From: Marsupella aquatica
Lineage: Eukaryota; Plantae; Marchantiophyta
Assembly (NCBI GenBank): GCA_973895155.1
Contig: OZ316899.1
Coordinates: 1,077,573-1,141,572, forward strand
Length of the DNA stretch: 64,000 bases
Reading direction: 5' to 3'
The notes under the pieces were generated by a model. The model was not told where the DNA came from, did not search any database, and saw only the letters and a list, made by a program, of their open reading frames with translations. Position numbers and translations under genes: made by a program. Shown here piece after piece: positions 23,935 through 34,838 of the stretch; position 1 is the stretch's first letter; every line of letters starts with the position of its first letter.

Positions 23935-26900
23935 TTCAGTCTAACTACGCTCGGCACGCGTGTTAGGTGGGTCTTAGGCCGCTATTATTAGCATAACGAC
24001 AGTATTTAGGTAATCATTAGGGGTAGGACATCATTAGGCAATAAGGGGGACTTCAGGTTCGGGCTGGCGGCGGGTCGCTATTCGCACACCCGGGTTACGA
24101 GCGTGGAGGGGCCCCTCCCTCGGGTCCGTATAACGAACTTAAGGAAGCGGCCACTGACGCACGCTGACTCAGACCGGCGGAGTGGCCGGTACACCACAAG
24201 CGTGAGCGGTTCAACCTATGGGCGTCGAGGAGACGTCGGGGATCGACAAGCCCTCAAAGTATAAAAGGGGAGCCAACCCTTTGTAGTGCACCAGTCCATC
24301 AGTCCGCGCGCCAGCTTCGACCCCAGCTCTCTCGTTCTCTCTAGGTCGCCACTACTATCTCCTTTGAATGTCGCACACGATCCTCTCCAGCTCGGCCATT
24401 CGATTCTAGACGCAGTTCCTATCTACCGGAAGGCACTTGGCCGATTCATTGAAACACGCCAACCCGCGCCGATACGAGATCGAACGCGAATACGAGAGAG
24501 CCATCCGCCTAGCAGGACGACACCACTACGTCCTTAACTTTGACTATCCGTCTCAGAGCGAGCTTTACCGACCAGCTGACGTATCTGGGTACTTCTTCAA
24601 CGGAGACAAATATATCGGGTTCTGGGAAGCATTGCTTCGGCTTCCGGACGAGGTCTTCAATATCCCGGGTACAATCGACCTGCAGCGACATCACTTTGAC
24701 CACATCCCTGCCCAGGTTCGGGCTGTCATTAACGGCGAGTCCAGTACCAACCGTTCGACAAGGGCGTCCGCACTCGCTTCGGATACCAGCACCTGCAGAG
24801 CTTCATGGGAACTCGGCCATCAACCAACATGACCAACTCAGCCGGACCTGTACCCGTACCCGTACCCGTGCCCATGCAACCCCAGCCTCAACTTCAGCTT
24901 CAGCCTCAGCCGCAGCCTAGCCAAACCCCACCACCTATCACCCAGCCAGCACAGGTATGCTCCGTCATCAACGCTGTGGATCTTAGCGATGACGACGAGG
25001 CTACCCCACCCTTGACCAGGCGGCCCAGAGGAACAAGCGCGCGGGGGGCCGACACTATATCGTCCCCACCCCCTGCTCTGACCCCAGGAGCGGCCCCAGC
25101 AGACAACATAGTGACCGTGGCCGCCCCGGGCCCGTTACCAACCGCAGTAGCACTCCCCAGGCCCGATCGGGAGGATGGGGAAGTATCACCTTCCCCGAGT
25201 CAGTCACGGGGAAAGAAGAGGAAGGAATCCGCCACTGCATCCGGGTTACCGTTGGCCACGGTAGCCGTAGCCAAGGTGACGATGCATCGCATGGGGGAAA
25301 ACGTTCATAGCAACATCCTCCATCCCAAGCATGCGGTGTACCTGAAGACTCAGGGATTTGAGCACCTCACCTCTCTCCCCTGGAACACTTGCAGGTACTA
25401 TGGGGAGGACATGACAGAATTCGTCAAGAATTATGACGACGTACGTCAACAGACTCGGCTGCGGGGAAGGAATATGTCCCTCACAGAAGAACGGCTCAAG
25501 ATGATCTTCGGGTTACCCGAAGGTGACCATCGAGTCGAATCACGGGCTCCCGGGGGCAAGGGGGCCAAGTACCAATCTTCAAGTTTTCCCTCAGAGGGAT
25601 CAGTAGACAACGGGTTCGTGATGAGGACCTGCCTCATGCCCGAGATAGCTGAGCGGCTGGAGTTCCAGAGGTACGCTCTCCACATGATGGAACCCCGGGG
25701 GGAGATCTCCGCCGCCCAGGTTATCCAGGTCGAGAACTATCGACCTAGGAAATGGGCGTCGTACTTCGCTAAGAAATTCCATGAAGAGATGGAGCGGCGA
25801 AGGAAGACGCTGTACATTGGCGGGAAGGCGTATTTCGCTAGCCATATCGAAATCATTCTTGAGTGGTACGCCCGGTTTGATCGACGAACCCTTCCCCGCA
25901 TCAACGTTACAAAGCTGGTCCCAGCTAGGTGGGTTTTTCCGGCATTGGAGAGACGGCCCCAACCCGAGGCCCGAAGTCCAGTGGACACGCCAGCTTCACC
26001 CACCCCACCTCCACAAATAGCTGTAATCGTAACCGAGGAGGCGCCGGAGGGGTCGGTCGTCGCAACCGTTGATGCGACCCAACTAGCCGGGCTAAGTACA
26101 GAAGTTGGTACGGCAGAGGTCTTACCCGAACCCGGGTCTCCCAAGGACCCACCGGTGGCAATTCCGGAGAACCGGACATCGCTGCAGGAGGACACTCCAG
26201 CCCCTTCCAACGTTATGTCCCCAGGGCTGGACGTCACTGCCCCGGCCCCTGCGCGTGTTGATGTCTGCCCGTGCCCAAATCCGGACAGGCACAACTTGGA
26301 CCACCCGGAACTCTTCGTACAGGGTACGTTTCTGAACGGGCTTCTGGGAGATTTCTCTCATCAAATTGCCCAGGATACCGGGGAGTTCATGGCCCGGAAG
26401 GTAGCCTATTTCTTCAATCAGGAGTTGGTTGCTGCCGTAAAGGCAGGTCGGGCCCAGTCGGAGGCCCTTCAGAGGATAGAGCGGTACCGGGTGGAGTCCG
26501 TGTACCTAAAGAACGAAGTGGCGGCTCAAGAGGCTGAGCTTCTGCAACTACGACCCAAGGTTGCAGCCGCCGATGAGTTGTTAGCAAAGGCGTACGCTCT
26601 TACCGCCCTAGCCGAACAGGCCAAAGCTGGGAACGAGGCCGAGATTACACGACTCCGGAACCAGATTGACAGTTTGAAGAAACAAGCTGTCACCTGGCAG
26701 AAAGACCTGGAGGAGGCCGAGGAGCGAGCCCAGCGGGACGCGACGGAGATAGCCACGCTGCAGGCCGAGATGGCGCGGCTCCAAACCGAGGCCGAGAAGC
26801 AGGACCAGCTGGCGAGTAAACTGGCGAGCGACGCCCAGCAGCTGGAGGAGGCATGTCAGGAGGCAGCAGAGGAGACGGACGCGGCGAGGCGAGAGAACGA

Positions 26901-27909
26901 ATCTCTGCTGGACCAGGTCCAGCTCCTCAAAGCGGACAATGACAGGCTTCGAAGGCAGCGGGATGGCCGTTCCCATTCGGGCGGCTCTGGCAAGCGTGCC
27001 AGGCATTAGCGGCGGAGTAGGAATAGATTAGGATTAGGATTGGTTTAGTCAGGCTCTTGGGACAGGCACCTGCCTTAGGTACAGCAGCGCTGCCCTGCTG
27101 TCCAGCCTGCGTAGATTAGGATCTTCTAATAAGACACAGCCGTTTTCCGGCCTGACTGTCAGCTTAGTTAGGACCTTAGTCAGCGAATCTTCGGCGAGAG
27201 GACACCCCGTTCCTTGGCTCTTAGTATTTAGTGCACCCCTCGGTAGAGGCAAGGGGGGGGGGTTTTAGTTTCAGAGTCGAACATCCGCGGGACATGCGGG
27301 GAGTCCCGACCTCTGGGAATGACAGAGTACCAAGGGGAGGGGGTAGGACTAAGCTCGTCGGGCGAGTGCGGAGCCGGGCTCCGTTGTAGTGTGCACCCTC
27401 GGCCTTGAACCTGTGCATTCCAGGGCTGTCGTGTCAACTAAGTGTACGCATATGTTCCCTTTGTAGTAAAATCCTTTCCCATCATTTTCCTTCGTGTAAA
27501 TCGAGATTGTATGCATGTGTGCGCATATGTGTGTGGGCTTCTCGTATATGGGTGGCAGCGCCAGGCCGAACGCACTACCCGAGACGTGCACAGGGTGCAG
27601 CCTGCGGGTAAGTGGTTGCGAGCACGGGTTGAGGACCTGTATCATCGAATCCGGATCGAAGGCGGACAGCACGAAGGCTTAGAAGCCCTTAAGCCGGGGT
27701 CGATCCTGCTATCGACTAAGGTACGTTCCGGCGGCGGAACACAAACCATACCTAGGAGGTGTCCGTATTTAGCAGTATGCGCACTTAGCGCTAGTTTACG
27801 AGAATAAGGTGCATTACGTGCTTCCCTTCCTGCCCGAACCCTCAGATTTACGAGGGATGTGCCCGTCTAAGCTGAAGTCTGAGTTAAGGCCGAAGCCTAC
27901 GACGTGACA
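23902..27909 (+). repeat. 3' LTR (4008 bp) containing a long ORF
   Basis: Direct repeat of 13809-17826, followed by TSD TCAAC. Confidence 0.96.
24368..27009 (+). pseudogene. LTR-borne ORF, 3' LTR copy; premature TAG at 24407-24409 and 7-nt deletion at 24783/24784; 734-aa C-terminal part open
   Basis: Direct comparison with the 5' LTR copy: TGG became TAG, and GAACTTC (14691-14697) is missing. Confidence 0.88.
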
Positions 27910-29645
27910 TCAACTCCCCCCTCGGCCTCTTTGTTCGTTATTTAGGTTAACTTATGTATCTTGTTTATGGACAAATGTCCTTGACAATGGTGAGATGTGT
28001 CAGTGTTGCACAAATGCCTGTTGTGACGTTTCATCACGCCGCTATTCAGTAGCTGTAGTTAATCCTAAGACTGGTGCCACGGATTTTCATTGGGTGTGGG
28101 CCTATGATCATAGGATCACTCATATACCCCAATGGCCCAAGAAGCTAATCTCTCGCTTTGCTGTAGCACGGTTTGATCTTGGGTGGGATGATTGATTAGG
28201 CACATTATCACATGTACACTCGGCCGTCAATTTAAAGAAGGCTCACTTTTTGTTTGGACCACTTTTGCAATAATTTTATCGGTGTTGGTCTCATTTTCAG
28301 ATGTTGACACATACGATAATGTAATATTGGCCGTCAATTTATATCGTGCTCATATTTTTTTGCGATAATTTTATCGGAGTTGGTATCGCTTGTGGAATGA
28401 CCTAATGCTTGTACGTGAATGAGCACTTTCTGAGTTCATTGTATCGATGTTTGCATGCCGGTTTTTGGTTTTTTGGTTTGTCAGAGCGATAAATTTATCG
28501 CTCCTTGCATTCAGATTTGCAGACTTATTCATCATGGGTCCTAGTGGGAAGAGTGGATCTGCCGAGGCTAAAAGTCTCATGACAAGCCTCACGAACGCGA
28601 TTTGGACAAGCGAAGACATTTGTGAAGAGGTCAAGTTCATCAAGAAACTGTGGTACTTCCGCGACGCCAGGTTATAGTCCAAGGATATGGCAGACTGTGA
28701 GTCTCCTATCCTTTGGGTCCAGATGCAAAAATCCGCAAAGGTTACTCTCTCATTTGGCCCCGTCGTTGGTGTGGCGATCTGTGAGTACTTGATTAGCCAG
28801 GGAGAGGCAAAAGTGTTGAAAGAGGGTCTGAGTTTCTTGACAATATGTGGAGGCAAGGGATTCACCTCTGTCATTGTCACCATGGAGAACTTTCTTGAGA
28901 AATCCCTTGAGAGTTACCCTGAAGACGCGCTTGTCGTGGAAGTTAGGTCAGCAAAAGTAATGAATCTTATGGGCCCAGCTTGGGTGTGCCAGTTTGTCCA
29001 AGATTGTGATCTCATCATGCTACTAAGGGTGAACGCAGAGTACAAGAGGCTCACAGGTGAAGAATTCAGACCCATCCGGAAAATAGTTATTAAGAGGCCT
29101 GGTTCTAACGGGAGTGGAGCTTCATCGGCAAAAAGCGCTGGAGGTACGGCTTTGGACGAGCCCAAAAGTGGTTCGGGGAAGGGAAGTGGCAGGGAGAAAG
29201 GGAGAGGGAGAGGGAACACCAGGGACAATGTTGCTGGTCCCTCCAAGGGCGGGAGAAGCGGCAGCAGCAATCATCAATGTCATGTAGCCGGTGCAGGTAT
29301 AGGCATTTCGGAAGCGCCTTACATAAATGTAAACGAGAGTAGAGGATCTGAGCGATCGGGGCCATCTGGAGTCAGCGTTAAGAGAAAGAGAACAGGTTGG
29401 AGTTTATCCACAGCCCCGGAAGGAGTGGAAGCCCCGATCGATATGGAGCCTCCGGTGATTGACGAGCGTTTGCCTCGTTCAGATATACAAGCCGAGGTTC
29501 GATCGGTAAGTGCTACCAAACTTTGATTTTCTATTGATGAAAGAGGATTTCGATAAAAATCTCGTTGTTTCTTTTGTAATCTAATTTCAAACGGCATTTT
29601 CTAGATTGATGAAGAGGAGGAGACTGCTCTTTCGATGTATGAGAC

Positions 29646-31995
29646 TGTCACGCGATTGACATGGGTCTTAACACCAAAGACGTCACTATGGGTGCCAAAA
29701 CCATCTCCTTGTACCTAAGGATCACGAAGGGATGTTGTGAAGGCCGGTAAACACCAATTTATGCCCTTAACACCAGACTATCATAGCAAAGCTCTATCAC
29801 ACATCACCCAAGCTCAATCCCAAGGAACCAAGGTTGGGGATCAGATCTGCGCTCATGATAGTTCTGGTGAGAAGGGGTCTTCATATCGGGCCCGTACACA
29901 CAGGGCCTAGCGCTACGATGCGCATAGGTCTATACGTATGCTTACTGTCATAGGTATGTTTCTATTCCGCCGCCGGAATGTACCCATAAACCAGTGACTC
30001 CTGACTGATTCCCAGCTTAGGGACTTCTAAGCCATTGCCCCACCACTCTGCCATTCCACTCTCAGCAATCAGAGCTGTGACAGCCCTCACCCAACCCACT
30101 TCAATGCACCCGGTACACCTCTCAGTGGCGCTGCTAGTCTCATCATACACTCAGATTGCCTCACACACACACACATCCATGAGAGAAATGAGGCCTGAAA
30201 GGAAAACTCAATTGGATTCAAAGATGTGCACAATAGTTCACTGAGAACACTTGATCCGAACACTAGGCCCGAAGGCTGTCTCCTCCAGATTGCGACGTGC
30301 TTGCCCTGCAAGCCCCGTGCTTGCCATGCAAGCTCAATCCTGAACTCAACCTCCTTCACTGCACTTCATTCTTGGGGGCACATACAGATCTCACACCTCC
30401 AATTCAGAACGTCAAGTTACGCATGCATAGTTGACTCGACTTCAAAGCTGGTACCAGGCCTAACGGCGATCTACCCCAGACTGCAATGAGGCCCGGCCTC
30501 ACGCTTGCCCTGCAAGCTCAGCTCTGGCCATAGATCCCTTAGTGCTCTCCACCAGACAAAGGCCGGGACTCCCCATGGGTCACGTAGCCTTGCCAGACTG
30601 AACTGTAAATGCTCCTCCTGCTGCCCCTTACTCAGTACCTCAGCCTCCCTAATGTGCCCACCGCAAATCGAATTGAAATCCTCCCCACGGTTTACAATCA
30701 CCAATACATCACCTATCACCAAGGCTCTGTATCGGGGGAAAAGAACCCAGTTGTGCTGCCCACTAGAAAGAGCCACAATCCAGCTCGCAAACCTAGCAAC
30801 CCGTTGTTGTGAAGCTTGGCTGATTACTCCCTGAGTAATAGCACAACCAAGCTCTCCCCAACACGCAGCGTCCAAGTCCAGCCTTGCTTGCACAGAGCTC
30901 CTCCCCGCTGCTCAGTCTAAGTGAGATCACACAACTGAAGTCCCCCCCCATCTCTACCGGGGGGGGGCTGCTCTATATACTCTCATACTGAGCCCAAATG
31001 GCTGGGTACTACGCTGCTGGAGCCCCATCCCAGCCCTAACAGAGCCGCCACTATCTCTAACTACTGAACCCTAACTCGCCGCTTTATTTCTATCTCGAAT
31101 TGGCTATGTACTTCGGATTTGGCCCTCCTCCATGGTTTTCGTGAGCTTACGCCTCCTCTCCCGATTTCTGTATTCAACCATTTGCTGCGTGGATAGCAGC
31201 GTTGGAAGCGGCTTGAGCTCCTCTTTCCAATGAGGTCAATTATAGCCGATTTGGTCAAATACACAGAGAGTTATGCCCCCGCAACCGAGAGAGGGTACTC
31301 ACTGCTGCGCTAACCCGAGTTACATAGCTAACCCGAGTTCGGCTAACCTAGCTATCCTATCTAACCCGAGTAGAGCTAACCCGTGGTCTCGGGTTAGGCC
31401 GCTACCCGCTATCCGCTAACCTAGCCTAAGCTGAGCCCGAACCCGAGCTTACCTATGCTAACCTGAGCCCGAGTTTAGGCTAACCCGAGTTCAATCTAAT
31501 CCGAACCTAGGTTAAGCCTAAGCTGAAGCTGTGCTGACCTGAGCTAAGCTGAAGCCGTGCTCACCTGAGCTAAGCTGAAGCCGTGCTTACCTGAGCTAAG
31601 CTGAAGCCGTGCTCACATAAGCTAAGCCGTGGTCGAGCTTGGGTTAACCCGAAACTGAAGCCGAATCCGCTAATTCCGGCCATAAGTTAACCCGTCACAC
31701 TAATCAGGCCGTATCTCTCTTAATACACCTCCGTTTCCCGAGTGTTTTATATCGATTTTACTCGCCTTGACCAGATCTTTCCAATGCTCTTTACAGATCC
31801 GGATTTGGTGACATATTGAAAGAAACATGGTCGTCGACCACCCGCGACATAGTTTTTATTTCCCTACTCTTAACGCCATGATTGCCCTTATTCTTGCCAT
31901 CTTGCTAATTGTTATGTAATATCAATAGCTACTCCTTGCATACAGCAACCTACTTAATCAGATTACAAAATAAGGACCATGTCATTGGCGTCACA
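29646..31995 (-). mobile_element. Solo LTR (family B), 2350 bp
   Basis: TGTCACGC...GCGTCACA termini; perfect 5-bp TSD GAGAC (29641-29645, 31996-32000); homologous to 58168-59791. Orientation is inferred from a minus-strand TATATAGAG and is uncertain. Confidence 0.88.
31305..31680. repeat. Degenerate short-unit tandem array (CTAACCCGAG and GCTAAGCTGAAGCCGTG units) inside LTR B
   Basis: About 10 TAACCCGAG-like units and 4 copies of a ~22-bp unit. Confidence 0.75.
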
Positions 31996-34838
31996 GAGAC
32001 TGACGCCATCAAAGCGAAGCTCAGTCTGCTGATGCAGCGAAGGGTTCAAAGGACAACTGTCCTCTTGCATGTCGACAATTTAATTTTTGATGAAGCTGGA
32101 GAGAAGTCAACTTTGATCAGACCAGTGGACAAATTGCATGTGGAGAATATCAAGATTCTTCTAAGGAAAAACCCCACTAACTTCAGCGCACCGTTTGTGT
32201 TGTGTGTGGATCCTGAGGATTGTCCCACAATCGAGGATTGGGACATTCTAAAGTCCAGAGTATGGAAGTATAGAATTATTGGAGGAAATCATGGTGCTCG
32301 GGCAAAGGCCGAGTTGTATAAAATGTATGGGAAGCAGATTTATGGTGAGCTGGAAGCTTGGGTATACGCAGGACTTACCAAGTCGAAGGTCCGGAAGTTG
32401 GGCTTCCAGCACAATTATGACCAGGAGTATAGGAAGAACATGAGTCATATCGATAGAGTTCGTGCGTGCCACAATATCTTTGTTGAAATGGATGTAGGAT
32501 CAAACAAGGATGTTCGCGAAGCTTGTTGTCGGGAATGTATGCTGGAATACACTCTTGGTGTTCGTGACAGCATGGCCAAACATGACCCAACGTTCCAGAT
32601 TGCTTTTCAAACGGGTGAAATTTGGGATCTTCCGGAGAAAGTTTTCCAGATGTGGGAGAAGGGGACTGTCTTGGGACAACCCAAAAAGATTGTGGCAACA
32701 ACAAATGCAAAGGGAAAGGTTAAACCTTTAATGTTGAAAGAGATTAAAATGAATAAACTTGCAGGTGACCTCAATTTAAATACTTTTTGAGGTCTTCAAG
32801 GACAGTCAACTAAGGAGCATGTTAAGCGGCTCTTGAATAGGGTCATTGGGAAAGTGATCACCTTGGATCAAATGCACAAGGAATGGGAAAAGCTAAAAAA
32901 AATCCAAGGTGAAGAAATTATTCTTGCAGATATTTGGGCAGCCCGATTGGGCAACGTGCAGAGAAATGTTTCCAAATGAGATGGATGTTTCCGTCCTGGG
33001 AACATGGGTAGAGAAGTTGAGCGAAGCGGTAAGCACCCATCTCTCCCCGAGATTTTTATCGGCCTTGCCATTCCATTAGTAGATTTTTGCATTCCTTGTT
33101 CCATTCAAAAATCATCGCGAGATTTTTATCGGCCTTGCCATTCCATCAGTACATTTTTGCATAACTCGTTTCATTCAAAAATCATCCTGAGATTTTTATC
33201 GGCTTTTATATTCGTTAAGCGATTTCATTCTGATTGGAATTCTGTGCGACCTTTGTTACAGCTGAAGATTGGGTCAAAGCGGAAAAATAAAGTTGTTCCG
33301 CCTGTGCAATATAATTTGATGGGGGAGGTTATTGTTCCCTCCGCTGACATCCCGTATGTGTTCAAGAATTTTGTGCTTGCTGCAATTGATCGGTACAACC
33401 GGCTCCAGGCACTAGGCGAGGACGCACGAGAAGCCGTGGAGCAAATATGGAAAAATGCTGACGGAGATTCTTTCCCTTACTATCTCCATGTTGGGGATGT
33501 TCAAATTTTGGATTCTTTTGTGGAGGCAAAACCTTACACTCTTGCCGTCGCCGACATTCCGTATGGTTTTAATGCGCCTGGTTCGGAGTTTGATGAAGTG
33601 TCCTTCACGGAAAAGAACGTTGTAGATATGGTGAGAAGTTTTTCGAACATGATAGCTGCTAAGCAGTGGAGGTTTGTTGTGATCCATTCATTACAGCAAA
33701 CAAATATGGTCATGTCTGCACTCGAGACTGTGTGCAACTGTGGGGTTGAGTCTGGAATTTGGGAGAAGACCAACATTCATGAGCATCCCGCTGGTGCTCG
33801 ATTGGCGTGGGGTTTTGAAAACTGGTCGATGGGATTCTACAGCGAGGAAGGCATCCGAAACATGAACATGTACAATTTCCAACCGGATGAGTCTCGCATC
33901 AATATCATCAAGGTTCCATGTGTAACCAAAAAGTCTGTTGATCCGTTGGGCTATGTTGTGAACCCGTACCAAAAGCCTGTTGGTTTGGGTGCTTGATTCG
34001 TTACTAATTTCTCGGAGAAAAATGACTCGGTTATGGATCTTTGCTGCGGAACCGGATCCATGTTAGTTGCGGCTCTTCTCAATTCTAGCCAGGGTTGTGC
34101 AGTCGATAAAAGTGCTACGCAAATTGATTTTGTGAGACATCGGATTATGACTCTAGAGTCAAACTGGAATTTATACGATGAAGCACAGATTGAAGGGCAA
34201 GGCTGCGAAGGTCTAGAGATTCAACCACCGATTGGAGGCCAATTGGGAACATTGGGGACTTTGACTTTCACTGTTGAAGTCGTGAAGGAGGTCGAGAATG
34301 AAGAAGAAGCTGAAGAACCTCCCAGAACGCCTAATGAGGATGATCTCAATGACATGTTACTGGATTAGGAAATTGTTATCTGGTTGTATGATAGTTAGGT
34401 TAGGTTAGGTTAGTTTAGGTTATGTTAGATTATGTTAGTCCCACTTCTCAATATTTGGAGAATGGAGTGTGATAAATTTATCGCAATTACGTTTGAACCC
34501 GATAAATTTATTGGACATTGCATTCTACTCCCTTGTTTGTCACGGTGTTCTAGTTGGGGGAATGGAGTTGTCGATAATCTTATCGGACTTTGCATTCCAC
34601 ACTCTAGCTATTCCACTCCCTTATTGTCACGATGTTCTAGCTGGGGGAATGGAGTTGTCGATAATATTATTGAACTTTGCATTCCACGCTCTAGCTAGTT
34701 AGTCATTACAATCAATTTAAAAAAAGATATAATTATAGCTTCGGAGAACAACATAGTCCCAGATGTTCACGACTGCGACCATCCTCGTGGGAATGATAAC
34801 CAGCTTAACGATAACCATTATAACTTAAAACCTTTACA

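Larger units (their letters stand above)
13809..27909 (+). mobile_element. Full-length Ty3/Gypsy non-chromovirus LTR retrotransposon (family A), 14,101 bp
   Basis: TGTGAC...GTGACA LTRs; 5-bp TSD TCAAC at 13804-13808 and 27910-27914; PBS, PPT and intact gag-pol with PR-RT-RH-INT order. Confidence 0.97.
28534..34368 (+). pseudogene. Spliced gene: unknown N-terminal domain + ParB/Srx-like domain + beta-class N4-cytosine/N6-adenine DNA methyltransferase; disrupted by a solo LTR and several stops
   Basis: Phase-0 intron 29506-29604 (GTAAGT...TTTCTAG). Removing 29646-31995 plus one TSD restores the frame (SMYETDAIKAK). ParB-like FVLCVD...YRIIGGNHGARA. MTase motifs in beta order: LHVGDV, TLAVADIPYG (33553), WEKTN, NPYQKP (33961), VMDLCCGTGS..AA (34030), AVDK. 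Stops at 28675, 32788, 32987, 33994. Confidence 0.8.

Noticed and set aside
393-27807. Numerous short antisense and alternate-frame ORFs over the LTR ORFs and gag-pol
   Set aside because: These are shadow ORFs of GC-rich coding sequence. They recur only because the LTR is duplicated.
31305-31520. Telomere-like TAACCC repeats
   Set aside because: The units are 9-12 bp and degenerate, internal to an LTR, and replaced by another motif in the paralogue; this is not a telomeric tract.
31909-31995. Start codon and first 29 aa of ORF 31909-32790
   Set aside because: They derive from solo LTR B. The true upstream coding sequence is at 29605-29645.
28534-34368. Bacterial contamination as the source of the methyltransferase
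   Set aside because: The gene has spliceosomal introns, carries a plant LTR insertion with a TSD, and lies within continuous plant TE sequence.
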